A DNA stretch of 44,835 bases from an uncultured Oscillospiraceae bacterium (GTDB taxonomy: Bacteria > Bacillota > Clostridia > Oscillospirales > Oscillospiraceae). The position numbers and the translations under genes are program-made. Shown piece after piece: positions 35,000 to 43,817 of the stretch. Where the stretch lies: the NCBI GenBank assembly GCA_944386185.1, contig CALXAF010000195.1, positions 1 to 44,835 of the forward strand, given 5' to 3'. The notes below the pieces were generated by a model. It was not told the origin of the DNA. It was given only the letters and a program-made list of their open reading frames with translations, and did not search any database. Numbering within the stretch: the stretch's first letter is position 1; the number at the start of each line of letters is the position of its first letter.

Positions 35000-35034
35000 A
35001 AAATAAAGTTTCCGCCGCTCAAAGGCGGCGGAAA
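35000..35034 (-). terminator. Rho-independent terminator after the anti-sigma gene
   Basis: Minus strand reads TTTCCGCCGC-CTTTGA-GCGGCGGAAA followed by CTTTATTTT. Confidence 0.8.
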
Positions 35035-35128
35035 TGTAGCATACCATATAGATGGAGTCTGATTTTATGACGCGCATAACTGTTAAACTCGCTTCTTGCG
35101 TGCTTTTATTGCCTTTCAGAAACCGGCC

Positions 35129-35875
35129 TCACTGTACATCGCTATAAGCTACAATTGGCAATTCACCGGTCTGTTCTACCCGCTCATCGTACAAAAACAT
35201 GAAATATCCATAGCCCTCATTTACAGCAAATTTTGTCACCTCATCATAGTCGGCATGTAATGTAAAATAATAGTGGTAAGATTCCCCATCAAAATATGTC
35301 TCATAGGCAACGGTGTATCCCATATCTGAAAGCCTTTTGCACTCATCCTGTACCTGGACGCTGTCCGGAGATAGCTGTTCCCCATTGCTGAACACATCGA
35401 CGACCACACGGTAGAGGACGCTGTCCCCGTACTCATTCATAGCCTCCCGCAGCGGTACTGAAAAAGCAAATTTGCCGTTTTCCGGTACTGCATATGAGCC
35501 AGAGGACGCTTCGCCTGTGTCGAATGAAGATATCATGGTTTTCTCGCTGCCATTTTGTGTGTAATTGTCAGGATAATTCCCAATCTCGGCATCTGCTGAA
35601 CCAGATGGATTATTATTCCCCGTCTCAGACGGTCGATTATTCGAGTTTTCCTGTGTACTATCGTTCAGCCCATCTGTGCCGATATTGCCAGAGGCATCCT
35701 GGGTTGTACCAAAAATTCCGCTCTTCCACATACCGAAGCCTAACAGAGCCACAAGACACGTACAGCATATGGATGCTGCCGTGCGTGCAAACACCTTTCT
35801 TCTCCTTATTTTCCTAACAACGTACTGTTCTCTGCGTTCAAAAATATCCTCAGCGATATCTCTATAGTCCTTCAT
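35129..35875 (-). CDS. Putative single-pass anti-sigma factor with an uncharacterised extracytoplasmic domain
   Basis: Translationally coupled to the sigma gene (ATG 35875 overlaps its 3-prime end, AAGGAGGG RBS). Basic juxtamembrane RKIRRRK, one TM, an Asn/Ser-rich linker, and a globular C-terminal domain. Confidence 0.6.
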   Translation of the reverse strand: MKDYRDIAEDIFERREQYVVRKIRRRKVFARTAASICCTCLVALLGFGMWKSGIFGTTQDASGNIGTDGLNDSTQENSNNRPSETGNNNPSGSADAEIGNYPDNYTQNGSEKTMISSFDTGEASSGSYAVPENGKFAFSVPLREAMNEYGDSVLYRVVVDVFSNGEQLSPDSVQVQDECKRLSDMGYTVAYETYFDGESYHYYFTLHADYDEVTKFAVNEGYGYFMFLYDERVEQTGELPIVAYSDVQ

Positions 35876-36419
35876 AGACAAAGCCCTCCTTATCAAGTTC
35901 TGATTTAAGCGAAAGTCTTGCCCGATAAACAAGGTTCTCTATCTGGTGCCTGCTCCTTTTCATTACAGCTGCCGCTTCGGAATTGCTTAGGCCCTCAAAA
36001 TATACTAGATATAATATTTGCCGGTATTCCGGCTTCAGCTTTCGCAGCGCCCTATGTACAGCGATTTTTCTCTCCTCCCGCAAATAGGATTCCTCAACAT
36101 TCTCTTCCTCGCTGACATAGCTTTCCAAGTCATCTATGGGCACTGCCAAGAGCTTTTTATTTTTCCGTATATAGTCGATAGCCGCATTGCGTCCGATTTT
36201 AAAAAGCCACGCTTTAAAAGAGTACCTGCTTGCAAACCTTGGCTTCCGAGTTACAAGCTTAAAAAATATATCCTCCATCAGTTCCTCTGCGGCAAAGATA
36301 TTGTTTACGTATCCGTTCAGATAGAGTGTCAGGCCATCTTTATAATCCCTGATTATCTCAACAATCCCTTCATCGTCACCATCAAGGAAACGGCGGTAGC
36401 TACTTGCACCGTTATCCAT
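35862..36419 (-). CDS. ECF-type sigma-70 family RNA polymerase sigma factor
   Basis: Region 2 (FKAWLFKIGRNAAIDYIRK) and region 4 (ILYLVYFEGLSNSEAAAVMKRSRHQIENLVYRAR). AAGGAG RBS before ATG 36419. Confidence 0.88.
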   Translation of the reverse strand: MDNGASSYRRFLDGDDEGIVEIIRDYKDGLTLYLNGYVNNIFAAEELMEDIFFKLVTRKPRFASRYSFKAWLFKIGRNAAIDYIRKNKKLLAVPIDDLESYVSEEENVEESYLREERKIAVHRALRKLKPEYRQILYLVYFEGLSNSEAAAVMKRSRHQIENLVYRARLSLKSELDKEGFVYEGL

Positions 36420-36521
36420 TGACTTTCTCCTTTCCAATGGCATGTTGTGTTTTTCCCTTTCATCTATTAAACGGATAATTCTTAAAAAACTCCCACCGGT
36501 ATTATATCATTTGCGGAAATT

Positions 36522-36561
36522 AAAACAAAAACACAGCGCCGGGGAAAGTTCCCCGACGCTG
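36522..36561 (-). terminator. Rho-independent terminator after spoVAE
   Basis: Minus strand reads CAGCGTCGGGGAA-CT-TTCCCCGGCGCTG followed by TGTTTTTGTTTT. Confidence 0.8.
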
Positions 36562-36573
36562 CCAGTCCATTCC

Positions 36574-36942
36574 CTAGTTCTTGTCCCCTGGCTTAAAAAT
36601 GATTGAGACCAGGTATCCGAAAAATATCGCCGCTGTCACTCCTCCGGCCGCGGCCGTCAGCCCCCCTGTGAGAGCCCCCAGCGCGCCAATCTCATCCACC
36701 GCTTTCCTGACACCTTTCGCCAGCAGGTTCCCAAAACCGGTGAGCGGCACCGTTGCACCGGCGCCGGCCCAGTCGGCAAACGGCTGGTATATCCCAATGC
36801 CGCCGAGGATAACTCCCGTGACTACAAATGCCGTCAGTATCCTGGCCGGCGTAAGGCGCGTCTTGTCAACCAGTATCTGCCCTATAAGGCACAGTGCGCC
36901 TCCAACGGCAAAGGCCTTCAGGTATTGAAGAATGGTTTCCAA
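36574..36942 (-). CDS. spoVAE: Stage V sporulation protein AE
   Basis: LKAFAVGGALCLIGQILVDKTRLTPARIL...GAGATVPLTGFGNLLAKG. TTG start after GGGGGAGA. Confidence 0.9.
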   Translation of the reverse strand: METILQYLKAFAVGGALCLIGQILVDKTRLTPARILTAFVVTGVILGGIGIYQPFADWAGAGATVPLTGFGNLLAKGVRKAVDEIGALGALTGGLTAAAGGVTAAIFFGYLVSIIFKPGDKN

Positions 36943-36957
36943 TGCTTTCTCCCCCCT

Positions 36958-37980
36958 TTACGCCGGAAGAGTCCGGCTTATTGCCACAGCACAGCATATG
37001 GACGGTATGCTCTCCCCCTGGAGCGTTGTTATCGGGGAGAGCAGGGCGCCCGTCGCGGCGAACAGGATCCTGTTCCAGCGTCCCTCCCTCATGCCGTTCA
37101 GCAGATACCCGCACAGCACGCTGGCGCTGCAGCCGCAGCCGGATGCTCCGGCGTGCACATCCTGGGTGTCCCTGTCAAATATCATAAGCCCGCAGTCTGT
37201 GTGCCTCTGGGAGATGTCAACTCCGTCCCTGCTGAAGAAGTCACGGAGTATGTCTGTACCTACGGCGCCCAGATCCCCGGTAACTATAAGGTCATAGTCG
37301 CCAGGCCCCAGCCCCAGGTCATCAAAGTGCGTACGAAGTGTGTCATATGCCGCCGGGGCCATAGCGGCACCCATATTTGTGGCGTCAGTAATGCCCCAGT
37401 CCACTATCCGTCCCGGCGTTATGTGGGTTATATACGGCCCATTGCCGCTGGATGACAGCACTGCCGCACCGGACCCTGTGACTGTCCACTGAGCCGACAT
37501 TGGACGCTGCCCTCCGTACTCCAAAGGCAGGCGAAACTGTCTCTCTGCGGAACAGAAATGGGAACTGGTCACGGCGAGGGCGTGGGCGGCAAAGCCTCCC
37601 TCCAGTGACATTGCCGCCAGTGCCAGACTCTCGGCCATAGTAGAACACGCCCCGTAGACGCCAAAAAACGGTATGTTTGTCCCGCGTATGCCGAATGATG
37701 TGCCCGAGCATTGGCTCAGAAGGTCGCCGGCGAAAGCAAGGTCTATATCTCCCGGCGAGAGCGATGCCTTTGCTATGGCCAGTGAAACGGCCTCCTTTAC
37801 CATGGCGCTCTCGGCTTTCTCCCAGGTCTTTTCACCAAACAGGGAATCATTATTTATAGAATCGAAGCTGTCCCGCAGAGGGCCCTGCCCCTCCTTTTTC
37901 CCCACCACGCAGGCATGTCCGGCGAAAGACGGCGGGTATGAGAGAGCCAGGGTCTGTCTGCCTATGTGTTTAGCTGACAT
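36958..37980 (-). CDS. spoVAD: Stage V sporulation protein AD (thiolase-like fold)
   Basis: VVGKKEGQGPLRDSFD...FGEKTWEKAESAM and overall SpoVAD length and layout. Confidence 0.9.
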   Translation of the reverse strand: MSAKHIGRQTLALSYPPSFAGHACVVGKKEGQGPLRDSFDSINNDSLFGEKTWEKAESAMVKEAVSLAIAKASLSPGDIDLAFAGDLLSQCSGTSFGIRGTNIPFFGVYGACSTMAESLALAAMSLEGGFAAHALAVTSSHFCSAERQFRLPLEYGGQRPMSAQWTVTGSGAAVLSSSGNGPYITHITPGRIVDWGITDATNMGAAMAPAAYDTLRTHFDDLGLGPGDYDLIVTGDLGAVGTDILRDFFSRDGVDISQRHTDCGLMIFDRDTQDVHAGASGCGCSASVLCGYLLNGMREGRWNRILFAATGALLSPITTLQGESIPSICCAVAISRTLPA

Positions 37981-38125
37981 ATCTTATCACCAGTATTCAT
38001 CTTATTTTATATTTATATTGTGCTTTTTTTCTGATAAAATACAGGCAGTACAGAATTTTATAAGTTTCAGCGGGGCTGTGATAAGCTCTGAATATTTCAT
38101 CCGGCACATATGGGGGGTGTGGAAT

Positions 38126-39139
38126 ATGGCCACCATAAGAGATGTGGCAAAACTGGCCGGTGTATCCACGGCCACAGTCTCAAGGGTGATGAATGGCGGG
38201 CGCGTCAGCGCGGAGACGAGGGCGCGGGTCCGGCAGGTGATGGATGAACTGGGCTATATGCCGGCTGCAAGCGCGGTCGGGCTGGCCCGCGGCGGTTCAG
38301 GGGCTGTTGGCGTACTGGTGCCTGAGATCGACAACGTGTTCTACAGCGACATCCTTCGAGGCATAACAGAGGTGGCCGGCGAAAAGGGCCTGCCCCTCAT
38401 ATTCTTCGACACCAGGAACGACGCAAAAAGTGAGGTCAAGGCCCTCGGCACCCTGGCCCAATACTGGGTCCGGGGCGCGATAATAGGGCCTGCCGCCGAC
38501 TACTCCGAGGAGGCTGACAACAGGCTGCTGAGAGGGACGATTGAAAAGCTCGGCATACCAACAGTAATAGTGGATCGGGAATTTGAGAACATGATCTGCG
38601 ACGGCGTGTTCTATGAAAACTACGGCAGTTCCTACAGGGCGGCCGGCGAGCTTATAAAGGCCGGAAACAGGACCCTTGGGGTTATCACCGGAAATCTGGG
38701 TCATAAGATCGCCAGGGACAGGTTCGAGGGATTTCAGCAGGGGGCCAGGGACATGGGGGTAGAGATCGACCCCAGGTATATACTCCACGGGGACTTCTCC
38801 GTGGAGCGGGCATACTCCCTCTCCATGGCAATGTTTGAGTCTGGGGACTGGCCGGAGGCAATATTCACCAGCAACAACAAGACAAGCCTCGGGTTTTTGA
38901 GGGCCGCCTTTGACAGCGGCATACGCGTGGGCCGCGACATCGCCCTCATAGGCAACGACAGCCTCAAGGTACTGGACACCCTCGGCATCCCCTTCAGCTG
39001 CGTGAGCCGGGACAACATTGAGATGGGCCGCACAGCCGCAAGGCTCCTGTCCGAGCGGTTGTCCGATCCCTCGCATCCCCGCAGAATAGTCATGATACCC
39101 TACAAGCTTGAGCTCAGAGGTACCGAGCGCAGGAAGTGA
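38126..39139 (+). CDS. LacI family transcriptional regulator (KdgR-like by context)
   Basis: N-terminal HTH MATIRDVAKLAGVSTATVSRVMNG. The ORF-track N-terminal extension (37673-38125) is antisense to spoVAD and is not coding. Confidence 0.9.
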   Translation: MATIRDVAKLAGVSTATVSRVMNGGRVSAETRARVRQVMDELGYMPAASAVGLARGGSGAVGVLVPEIDNVFYSDILRGITEVAGEKGLPLIFFDTRNDAKSEVKALGTLAQYWVRGAIIGPAADYSEEADNRLLRGTIEKLGIPTVIVDREFENMICDGVFYENYGSSYRAAGELIKAGNRTLGVITGNLGHKIARDRFEGFQQGARDMGVEIDPRYILHGDFSVERAYSLSMAMFESGDWPEAIFTSNNKTSLGFLRAAFDSGIRVGRDIALIGNDSLKVLDTLGIPFSCVSRDNIEMGRTAARLLSERLSDPSHPRRIVMIPYKLELRGTERRK

Positions 39140-39150
39140 CATCACAGCTG

Positions 39151-39164
39151 TGTAACCGGTTACA
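39151..39164. promoter_or_regulatory. Perfect 14-bp LacI-type palindrome TGTAACCGGTTACA
   Basis: Self-complementary with a central CG, as in LacI/CcpA-family operators. It lies 12 nt after the lacI-family stop codon. Confidence 0.55.
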
Positions 39165-39292
39165 ATTCCGTGAATCAAAAAAATATTTTTTCATATTCTC
39201 CCCCTCTCAAACTGCCCGCAATTCCTGCAAATTTGAGGCAAAACAACAGTTGTCTTTCTTCAGCGAAAAGCACACGGGAAATTTTGTCCCGG

Positions 39293-39326
39293 GTAACATG
39301 TAAATAATTACATGTTACCGGTTACA
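39293..39326. promoter_or_regulatory. Composite palindromes upstream of kdgK: an 11-bp-arm inverted repeat overlapping a second LacI-type box
   Basis: GTAACATGTAA-ATAA-TTACATGTTAC (39293-39318) overlaps TGTTACCGGTTACA (39313-39326). The second box matches the 39151 box at 13 of 14 positions. Confidence 0.5.
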
Positions 39327-39438
39327 TCACTTTTGCTGCAGCTTATCTGTCATTGTTGACAAATCCGCTCTTGCACATTATTCTATACTCATAAATTATA
39401 AATATAATTGTCCCCTTTGGGGAGGAGAGGAGCTTGAG

Positions 39439-40470
39439 ATGAACAATAAAGTAGTCACCTTCGGCGAGTTGATGGTCCGTCTGCAGCCATACAATTACGA
39501 GCGGTTTATTCAAGCAGACCACCTGGAGTTCACTTTTGGCGGGGGCGAGGCCAACGTGGCCGTCTCTCTTGCAAACTACGGCATGGATGCGGTTTATGTC
39601 ACAAAGCTTCCCTCCCACGCCATCGGACAGTGTGCGGTAAATTCCCTGCGCCGTTACGGTGTAGACACCTCCAAGATCGTCCGCGGCGGCGACAGGGTCG
39701 GTATATATTATAACGAGAAGGGCGCCTCCCAGCGCGGCAGCGTCTGTATATACGACAGGGCTCACTCCGCCATACAGGAGTCTGACCCCTCCGACTTTGA
39801 CTGGGACAGCATCTTTGAGGGTGTCAGCTGGTTCCACTTCACGGGCATCACCCCTGCTCTGGGTCCGAACCTTGTTGAAGCCTGCCGTCAGGCCTGCAAG
39901 GCCGCCAAGGCCAAGGGCATTACTGTCTCCTGCGACCTTAACTACCGTGGGAAGCTCTGGACACGCCAGCAGGCCCGTGAGGCAATGACCGACCTGTGCC
40001 AGTATGTTGACGTGTGCATCTCCAACGAAGAGGATGCCAAGGATGTATTCGGCATTGAGGCCGAGGCCACCGATATCTATGCCGGCGAGCTCAATCACGA
40101 GGGCTACAAATCAGTGGCGCGCCAGCTGGCTGACAAGTTCGGCTTCAAGATGGTTGCCATCACCCTCCGTGAGTCCCACTCTGCCTCTGATAACGGCTGG
40201 AGCGCTATGCTCTACGATGTGGCAAACGACGAGTATTGCTTCTCAAAGAAGTACGAGCTCCGCATTATCGACCGTGTAGGCGGCGGCGACTCCTTCGGCG
40301 GCGGCCTTATCTATTCCCTCATGAATGGCAAGTCTGCTCAGGATGCGGTTGAGTTCGCTGTGGCCGCTTCCGCGTTGAAGCACTCTATCGAGGGCGACTA
40401 CAACATGGTCTCTGTTGCCGAGGTTGAGAAGCTGGCCGGCGGAGACGGTTCTGGCCGTATTCAGCGGTAA
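39439..40470 (+). CDS. kdgK: 2-dehydro-3-deoxygluconokinase (PfkB family)
   Basis: VVTFGELMVRLQP...FGGGEANVAVSLANYG and C-terminal DRVGGGDSFGGG. GGAGGAGAGGAG RBS. Confidence 0.9.
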   Translation: MNNKVVTFGELMVRLQPYNYERFIQADHLEFTFGGGEANVAVSLANYGMDAVYVTKLPSHAIGQCAVNSLRRYGVDTSKIVRGGDRVGIYYNEKGASQRGSVCIYDRAHSAIQESDPSDFDWDSIFEGVSWFHFTGITPALGPNLVEACRQACKAAKAKGITVSCDLNYRGKLWTRQQAREAMTDLCQYVDVCISNEEDAKDVFGIEAEATDIYAGELNHEGYKSVARQLADKFGFKMVAITLRESHSASDNGWSAMLYDVANDEYCFSKKYELRIIDRVGGGDSFGGGLIYSLMNGKSAQDAVEFAVAASALKHSIEGDYNMVSVAEVEKLAGGDGSGRIQR

Positions 40471-40519
40471 TAAATTTAGATTACTTCCTGTTTGTAAAAG
40501 TTTCATATACCTCATTCCT

Positions 40520-40556
40520 GTGAATGGGCCGGCAAGAGCCGGCCCATTCACATTTT
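40520..40556 (+). terminator. Rho-independent terminator after kdgK
   Basis: GTGAATGGGCCGGC-AAGA-GCCGGCCCATTCAC followed by ATTTT. Confidence 0.85.
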
Positions 40557-40726
40557 CCGAAGCGTCTCATAATGCCTGTGGCGTGTGGGGCGTACCGTAT
40601 AAAAAGCACAAAAAACCCGTCCAAGTCAGACGGAAATTTTGCCGCGGGGTGCGTTTACTTTGGTGAGTGCCGATGATATAATAGAGAAAATCAGAAGAAT
40701 TATTGCAGCTTTCGGGGGAAATACAT

Positions 40727-41572
40727 ATGCCTGCTGTTATTGACGGCGCCCAGGAGATCAGAATAGAAATCGAGGACGATTTTGACCTCCACAAAATATT
40801 TGAGTGTGGCCAGTGTTTCCGCTGGAACGAGGGGGCAGACGGCTCATATACAGGCGTGGCAATGGGAAAGGCGGCAAGGATACGCGTTGAAAACGGCTCC
40901 ATCGTCATAACAGGATCTGCCGACGACTGGCGTAATATATGGAGCGCATATTTTGATATGGGCCGCGACTACCGCACACTTCGGCGGCAGGTGTGTATAG
41001 ACAGCTATATGCGTGCCGCCTCGGATTTTGGTGCAGGCATTCGGATACTCAACCAGGACAGGTGGGAGACTCTGTGTTCGTTTATAATCTCCCAGTGTAA
41101 CAACATACCACGTATCAAGAAGATTGTGGAGACTATGTGCCGCGTCTTCGGAAATCCAATAGAGCTCCAGGGCGAAACTTTTTATTCCTTTCCCGATGCC
41201 GGAAAGATAGCCGTGTTGTCGGAGAAGGACTTATCGCCGTTGCGCTGCGGCTATCGGGCCCCTTACATACTGGCGGCGGCAAGGGCTGTTGATTCCGGAG
41301 AGCTTGATCTGGATGCCCTCTCAAAGCTTAACGCTCAGAGCGCCCGTCGTGCCCTTATGGCGATGCCCGGCATCGGTCCCAAGGTGGCCGACTGCGTCAT
41401 TCTCTTCTCCCTGCGTATAGGGAGCGCGTTCCCCATCGACGTGTGGATGAAAAAGGCGATAGCCCAGCACTATCCCCAGGGACTCGATCCCGCCGTGTTT
41501 GGCGAGAACGCCGGCCTTGCCCAGCAGTATATGTTCTACTATCAGCGCTCAGGCATGGCCGATACGCCTTGA
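40727..41572 (+). CDS. ogg: 8-oxoguanine DNA glycosylase / N-glycosylase-DNA lyase (HhH-GPD, Ogg type)
   Basis: FDLHKIFECGQCFRW N-terminal domain. HhH-GPD PGIGPKVADCVILFSL with the catalytic Lys, and FPIDVW with Asp. GGGGGA RBS before ATG 40727. Confidence 0.85.
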   Translation: MPAVIDGAQEIRIEIEDDFDLHKIFECGQCFRWNEGADGSYTGVAMGKAARIRVENGSIVITGSADDWRNIWSAYFDMGRDYRTLRRQVCIDSYMRAASDFGAGIRILNQDRWETLCSFIISQCNNIPRIKKIVETMCRVFGNPIELQGETFYSFPDAGKIAVLSEKDLSPLRCGYRAPYILAAARAVDSGELDLDALSKLNAQSARRALMAMPGIGPKVADCVILFSLRIGSAFPIDVWMKKAIAQHYPQGLDPAVFGENAGLAQQYMFYYQRSGMADTP

Positions 41573-41645
41573 CAGACCATGGCTGTTGTGATATCATACG
41601 CCAAATAATTTGTTTTTTAATATATTTTTGTGGGAGGAAAGATAT

Positions 41646-43157
41646 ATGGCATTCTATTTTCAGGAGCCCTCACGTACTTTCAGCGAATACCTGCTGGTGC
41701 CCGGTTATTCGGGGCCGGAGTGCACTCCCGATAATGTGAGTTTAAAAACGCCCCTGGTGAAGTTTAAGAGAGGTGAGGAGCCGGCGATATCAATGAATAT
41801 CCCGATGACCTCGGCAATCATGCAGGCCGTATCTGACGATAATATGGCCGTTGCCCTGGCCCGTGAGGGCGGCGTATCTTTTATATACGGTTCCCAGAGT
41901 ATCGAGGATCAGGCCGCCATGGTTGCGAGAGCCAAGGCGTATAAGGCCGGCTTCGTCGTCAGCGATTCCAATGTAAAGCCCTCCGCCACGTTAAATGAGC
42001 TTTTAAAAACAGTAGAGAGGACAGGCCACTCCACTGTGGCTGTAACAGAGGACGGTTCCCCCAACGGGAAGCTGCTCGGCCTCGTTACCCGCAGGGACTA
42101 CCGTCTCTCCCGCATGACCGGTGACGAGCTGGTGGAGAGCTTCATGACACCTCTCGACAAGCTCACTGTTGCTCCCCAGAGTACCACGTTAAAGCAGGCA
42201 AACGATATAATCTGGGAACACAAGGTAAACAACCTCCCCATCGTTGACGACAACGGGCATCTTGTCTATTTTGTGTTCCGTAAAGACTATGACTCCCACA
42301 AAGAAAATCCGTTGGAACTGTTGGATCAGCACAAAAAGTACGTAGTCGGCGCCGGTATCAACACCCGCGACTACGCCCAGCGTGTGCCCGCCCTTGTGGA
42401 GGCCGGGGCCGATGTACTGTGCATCGACTCATCCGAGGGCTTCTCTGAGTGGCAGAGGCTCACCCTCAAGTGGATACGCGATAATTATGGCGACAGTGTC
42501 AAAGTTGGCGCCGGCAACGTAGTTGATGGAGAGGGTTTCCGCTTCCTGGCCGACTGCGGCGCCGACTTCATAAAGGTGGGTATAGGCGGCGGTTCCATCT
42601 GCATCACCCGTGAGCAGAAGGGTATCGGCCGCGGCCAGGCCACCGCCGTCATAGACGTGTGCCGTGAGCGCGACAAATATTTTGAGGAGACCGGAATATA
42701 CATCCCCGTCTGCTCCGACGGAGGTATCGTCCACGACTACCACATGACTCTTGCCCTGGCTATGGGCGCAGACTTCCTGATGCTTGGCCGTTACTTTGCC
42801 AGGTTTGACGAGAGTCCCTCCCGCCGTGTCAGCATCGGCGGCAGCTACATGAAAGAGTACTGGGGCGAGGGTTCCGCCAGGGCGCGTAACTGGCAGAGGT
42901 ACGACCTGGGCGGCGACGCCAAGCTGTCCTTTGAGGAGGGTGTTGACTCCTATGTGCCTTACGCCGGATCACTCCATGACAACGTCTCACTGACCCTCAG
43001 CAAGGTGCGCCACACCATGTGCAACTGCGGCGCCGTCACCATACCTGAGCTTCAGAAGAAGGCCAAACTGACACTCGTATCTGCTACCTCTATAGTTGAG
43101 GGCGGCGCCCACGACGTGGTGCTCAAGGAGAATACCATGGGCACAAGCAAGAAATGA
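41646..43157 (+). CDS. guaB: IMP dehydrogenase (long clostridial-type, with CBS pair)
   Basis: Catalytic loop [25 protein letters not shown]-terminal [13 protein letters not shown]-like insertion is present. GGGAGGAAAG RBS before ATG 41646. Confidence 0.85.
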   Translation: MAFYFQEPSRTFSEYLLVPGYSGPECTPDNVSLKTPLVKFKRGEEPAISMNIPMTSAIMQAVSDDNMAVALAREGGVSFIYGSQSIEDQAAMVARAKAYKAGFVVSDSNVKPSATLNELLKTVERTGHSTVAVTEDGSPNGKLLGLVTRRDYRLSRMTGDELVESFMTPLDKLTVAPQSTTLKQANDIIWEHKVNNLPIVDDNGHLVYFVFRKDYDSHKENPLELLDQHKKYVVGAGINTRDYAQRVPALVEAGADVLCIDSSEGFSEWQRLTLKWIRDNYGDSVKVGAGNVVDGEGFRFLADCGADFIKVGIGGGSICITREQKGIGRGQATAVIDVCRERDKYFEETGIYIPVCSDGGIVHDYHMTLALAMGADFLMLGRYFARFDESPSRRVSIGGSYMKEYWGEGSARARNWQRYDLGGDAKLSFEEGVDSYVPYAGSLHDNVSLTLSKVRHTMCNCGAVTIPELQKKAKLTLVSATSIVEGGAHDVVLKENTMGTSKK

Positions 43158-43178
43158 GCCTTAATCCCATATAGCTTT

Positions 43179-43209
43179 AAAGGGACTGCCTTTTGGCAGT
43201 CCCTTTTTC
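43179..43209. terminator. Bidirectional terminator between guaB and the NifX-like gene
   Basis: AAAGGGACTGCC-TTTT-GGCAGTCCCTTT followed by TTC. Confidence 0.85.
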
Positions 43210-43221
43210 AAAGAATCTCTT

Positions 43222-43665
43222 TCAGTGACAACAGCCGTGGCTCCCGCCCTGGTCATGTCCGTGACAGTGGTGGCCCTCGCCATGACCGTGTCCCTCTCCG
43301 TGGCAGTGGTGGCCATCGCCATGCCCCTCTCCGTGGTGGTCGCATGTAGCGTCCTGCGAGTAGCTGAGGCTGCCGCCCAGCAGTGCCTCCACGGCCGCAT
43401 CCGCCTCACCTGACACGCCGGCGTATATCTCTATGCCGGCCTCGCCCAGTGCTTCACGTGCGCCAAATCCTATCCCGCCGCATATGAGAGCCTGTACTCC
43501 CCTCTCCTGGAGGAATCCGGCCAGCGCTCCATGTCCTGTACCGTCTGTGGAGACCACCCGGCTCTCTGTTATTTTCCCGTCCTGGACATCGTATATTTTC
43601 ATGTTCTCTGTGTGTCCAAAGTGCTGGAACACTTGTCCATCCTCATACGTAACAGCTATCTTCAT
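43222..43665 (-). CDS. NifB/NifX-family (dinitrogenase FeMo-cofactor-binding fold) protein with a 40-residue His/Gly/Cys-rich C-terminal tail
   Basis: MKIAVTYEDGQVFQHFGHTENMKIYDV...ALICGGIGFGAREAL is typical of the NifX-like domain. The tail is CDHHGEGHGDGHHCHGEGHGHGEGHHCHGHDQGGSHGCCH. Confidence 0.8.
   Translation of the reverse strand: MKIAVTYEDGQVFQHFGHTENMKIYDVQDGKITESRVVSTDGTGHGALAGFLQERGVQALICGGIGFGAREALGEAGIEIYAGVSGEADAAVEALLGGSLSYSQDATCDHHGEGHGDGHHCHGEGHGHGEGHHCHGHDQGGSHGCCH
43225..43344 (-). repeat. Coding low-complexity tandem repeat (HGEGHG.G..HHCHG, two copies) forming the His-rich tail
   Basis: Read directly from the translation of codons 108-147 of the NifX-like gene. Confidence 0.8.
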
Positions 43666-43817
43666 AATGCCTTTCTCCTTCCGCCCTGGGGCGTTTCTTT
43701 AACTCATTATATATCGTTTTTGTCATAAGTCAATAACCATTTTTGGAATATGTCAAAAAATCGTCATTTCATTCCAATAACATATATGGTATTCTATACT
43801 CAAAGGGGTGTGATAAT

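Noticed and set aside
37673-38125. The N-terminal 151-codon extension of the LacI-family ORF in the ORF track.
   Set aside because: It runs antisense through spoVAD and the AT-rich intergenic spacer. The canonical LacI HTH begins right at ATG 38126 (MATIRDVAKLAGVS).
39120-39194. A 24-codon minus-strand ORF (MKKYFFDSRNCNRLHSCDVTSCARYL) with a GAGGGGGAG box just upstream.
   Set aside because: It runs through the LacI-type operator and into the 3-prime end of the convergent regulator gene. The RBS spacing is only about 3 nt, and the peptide shows no features of a conserved peptide.
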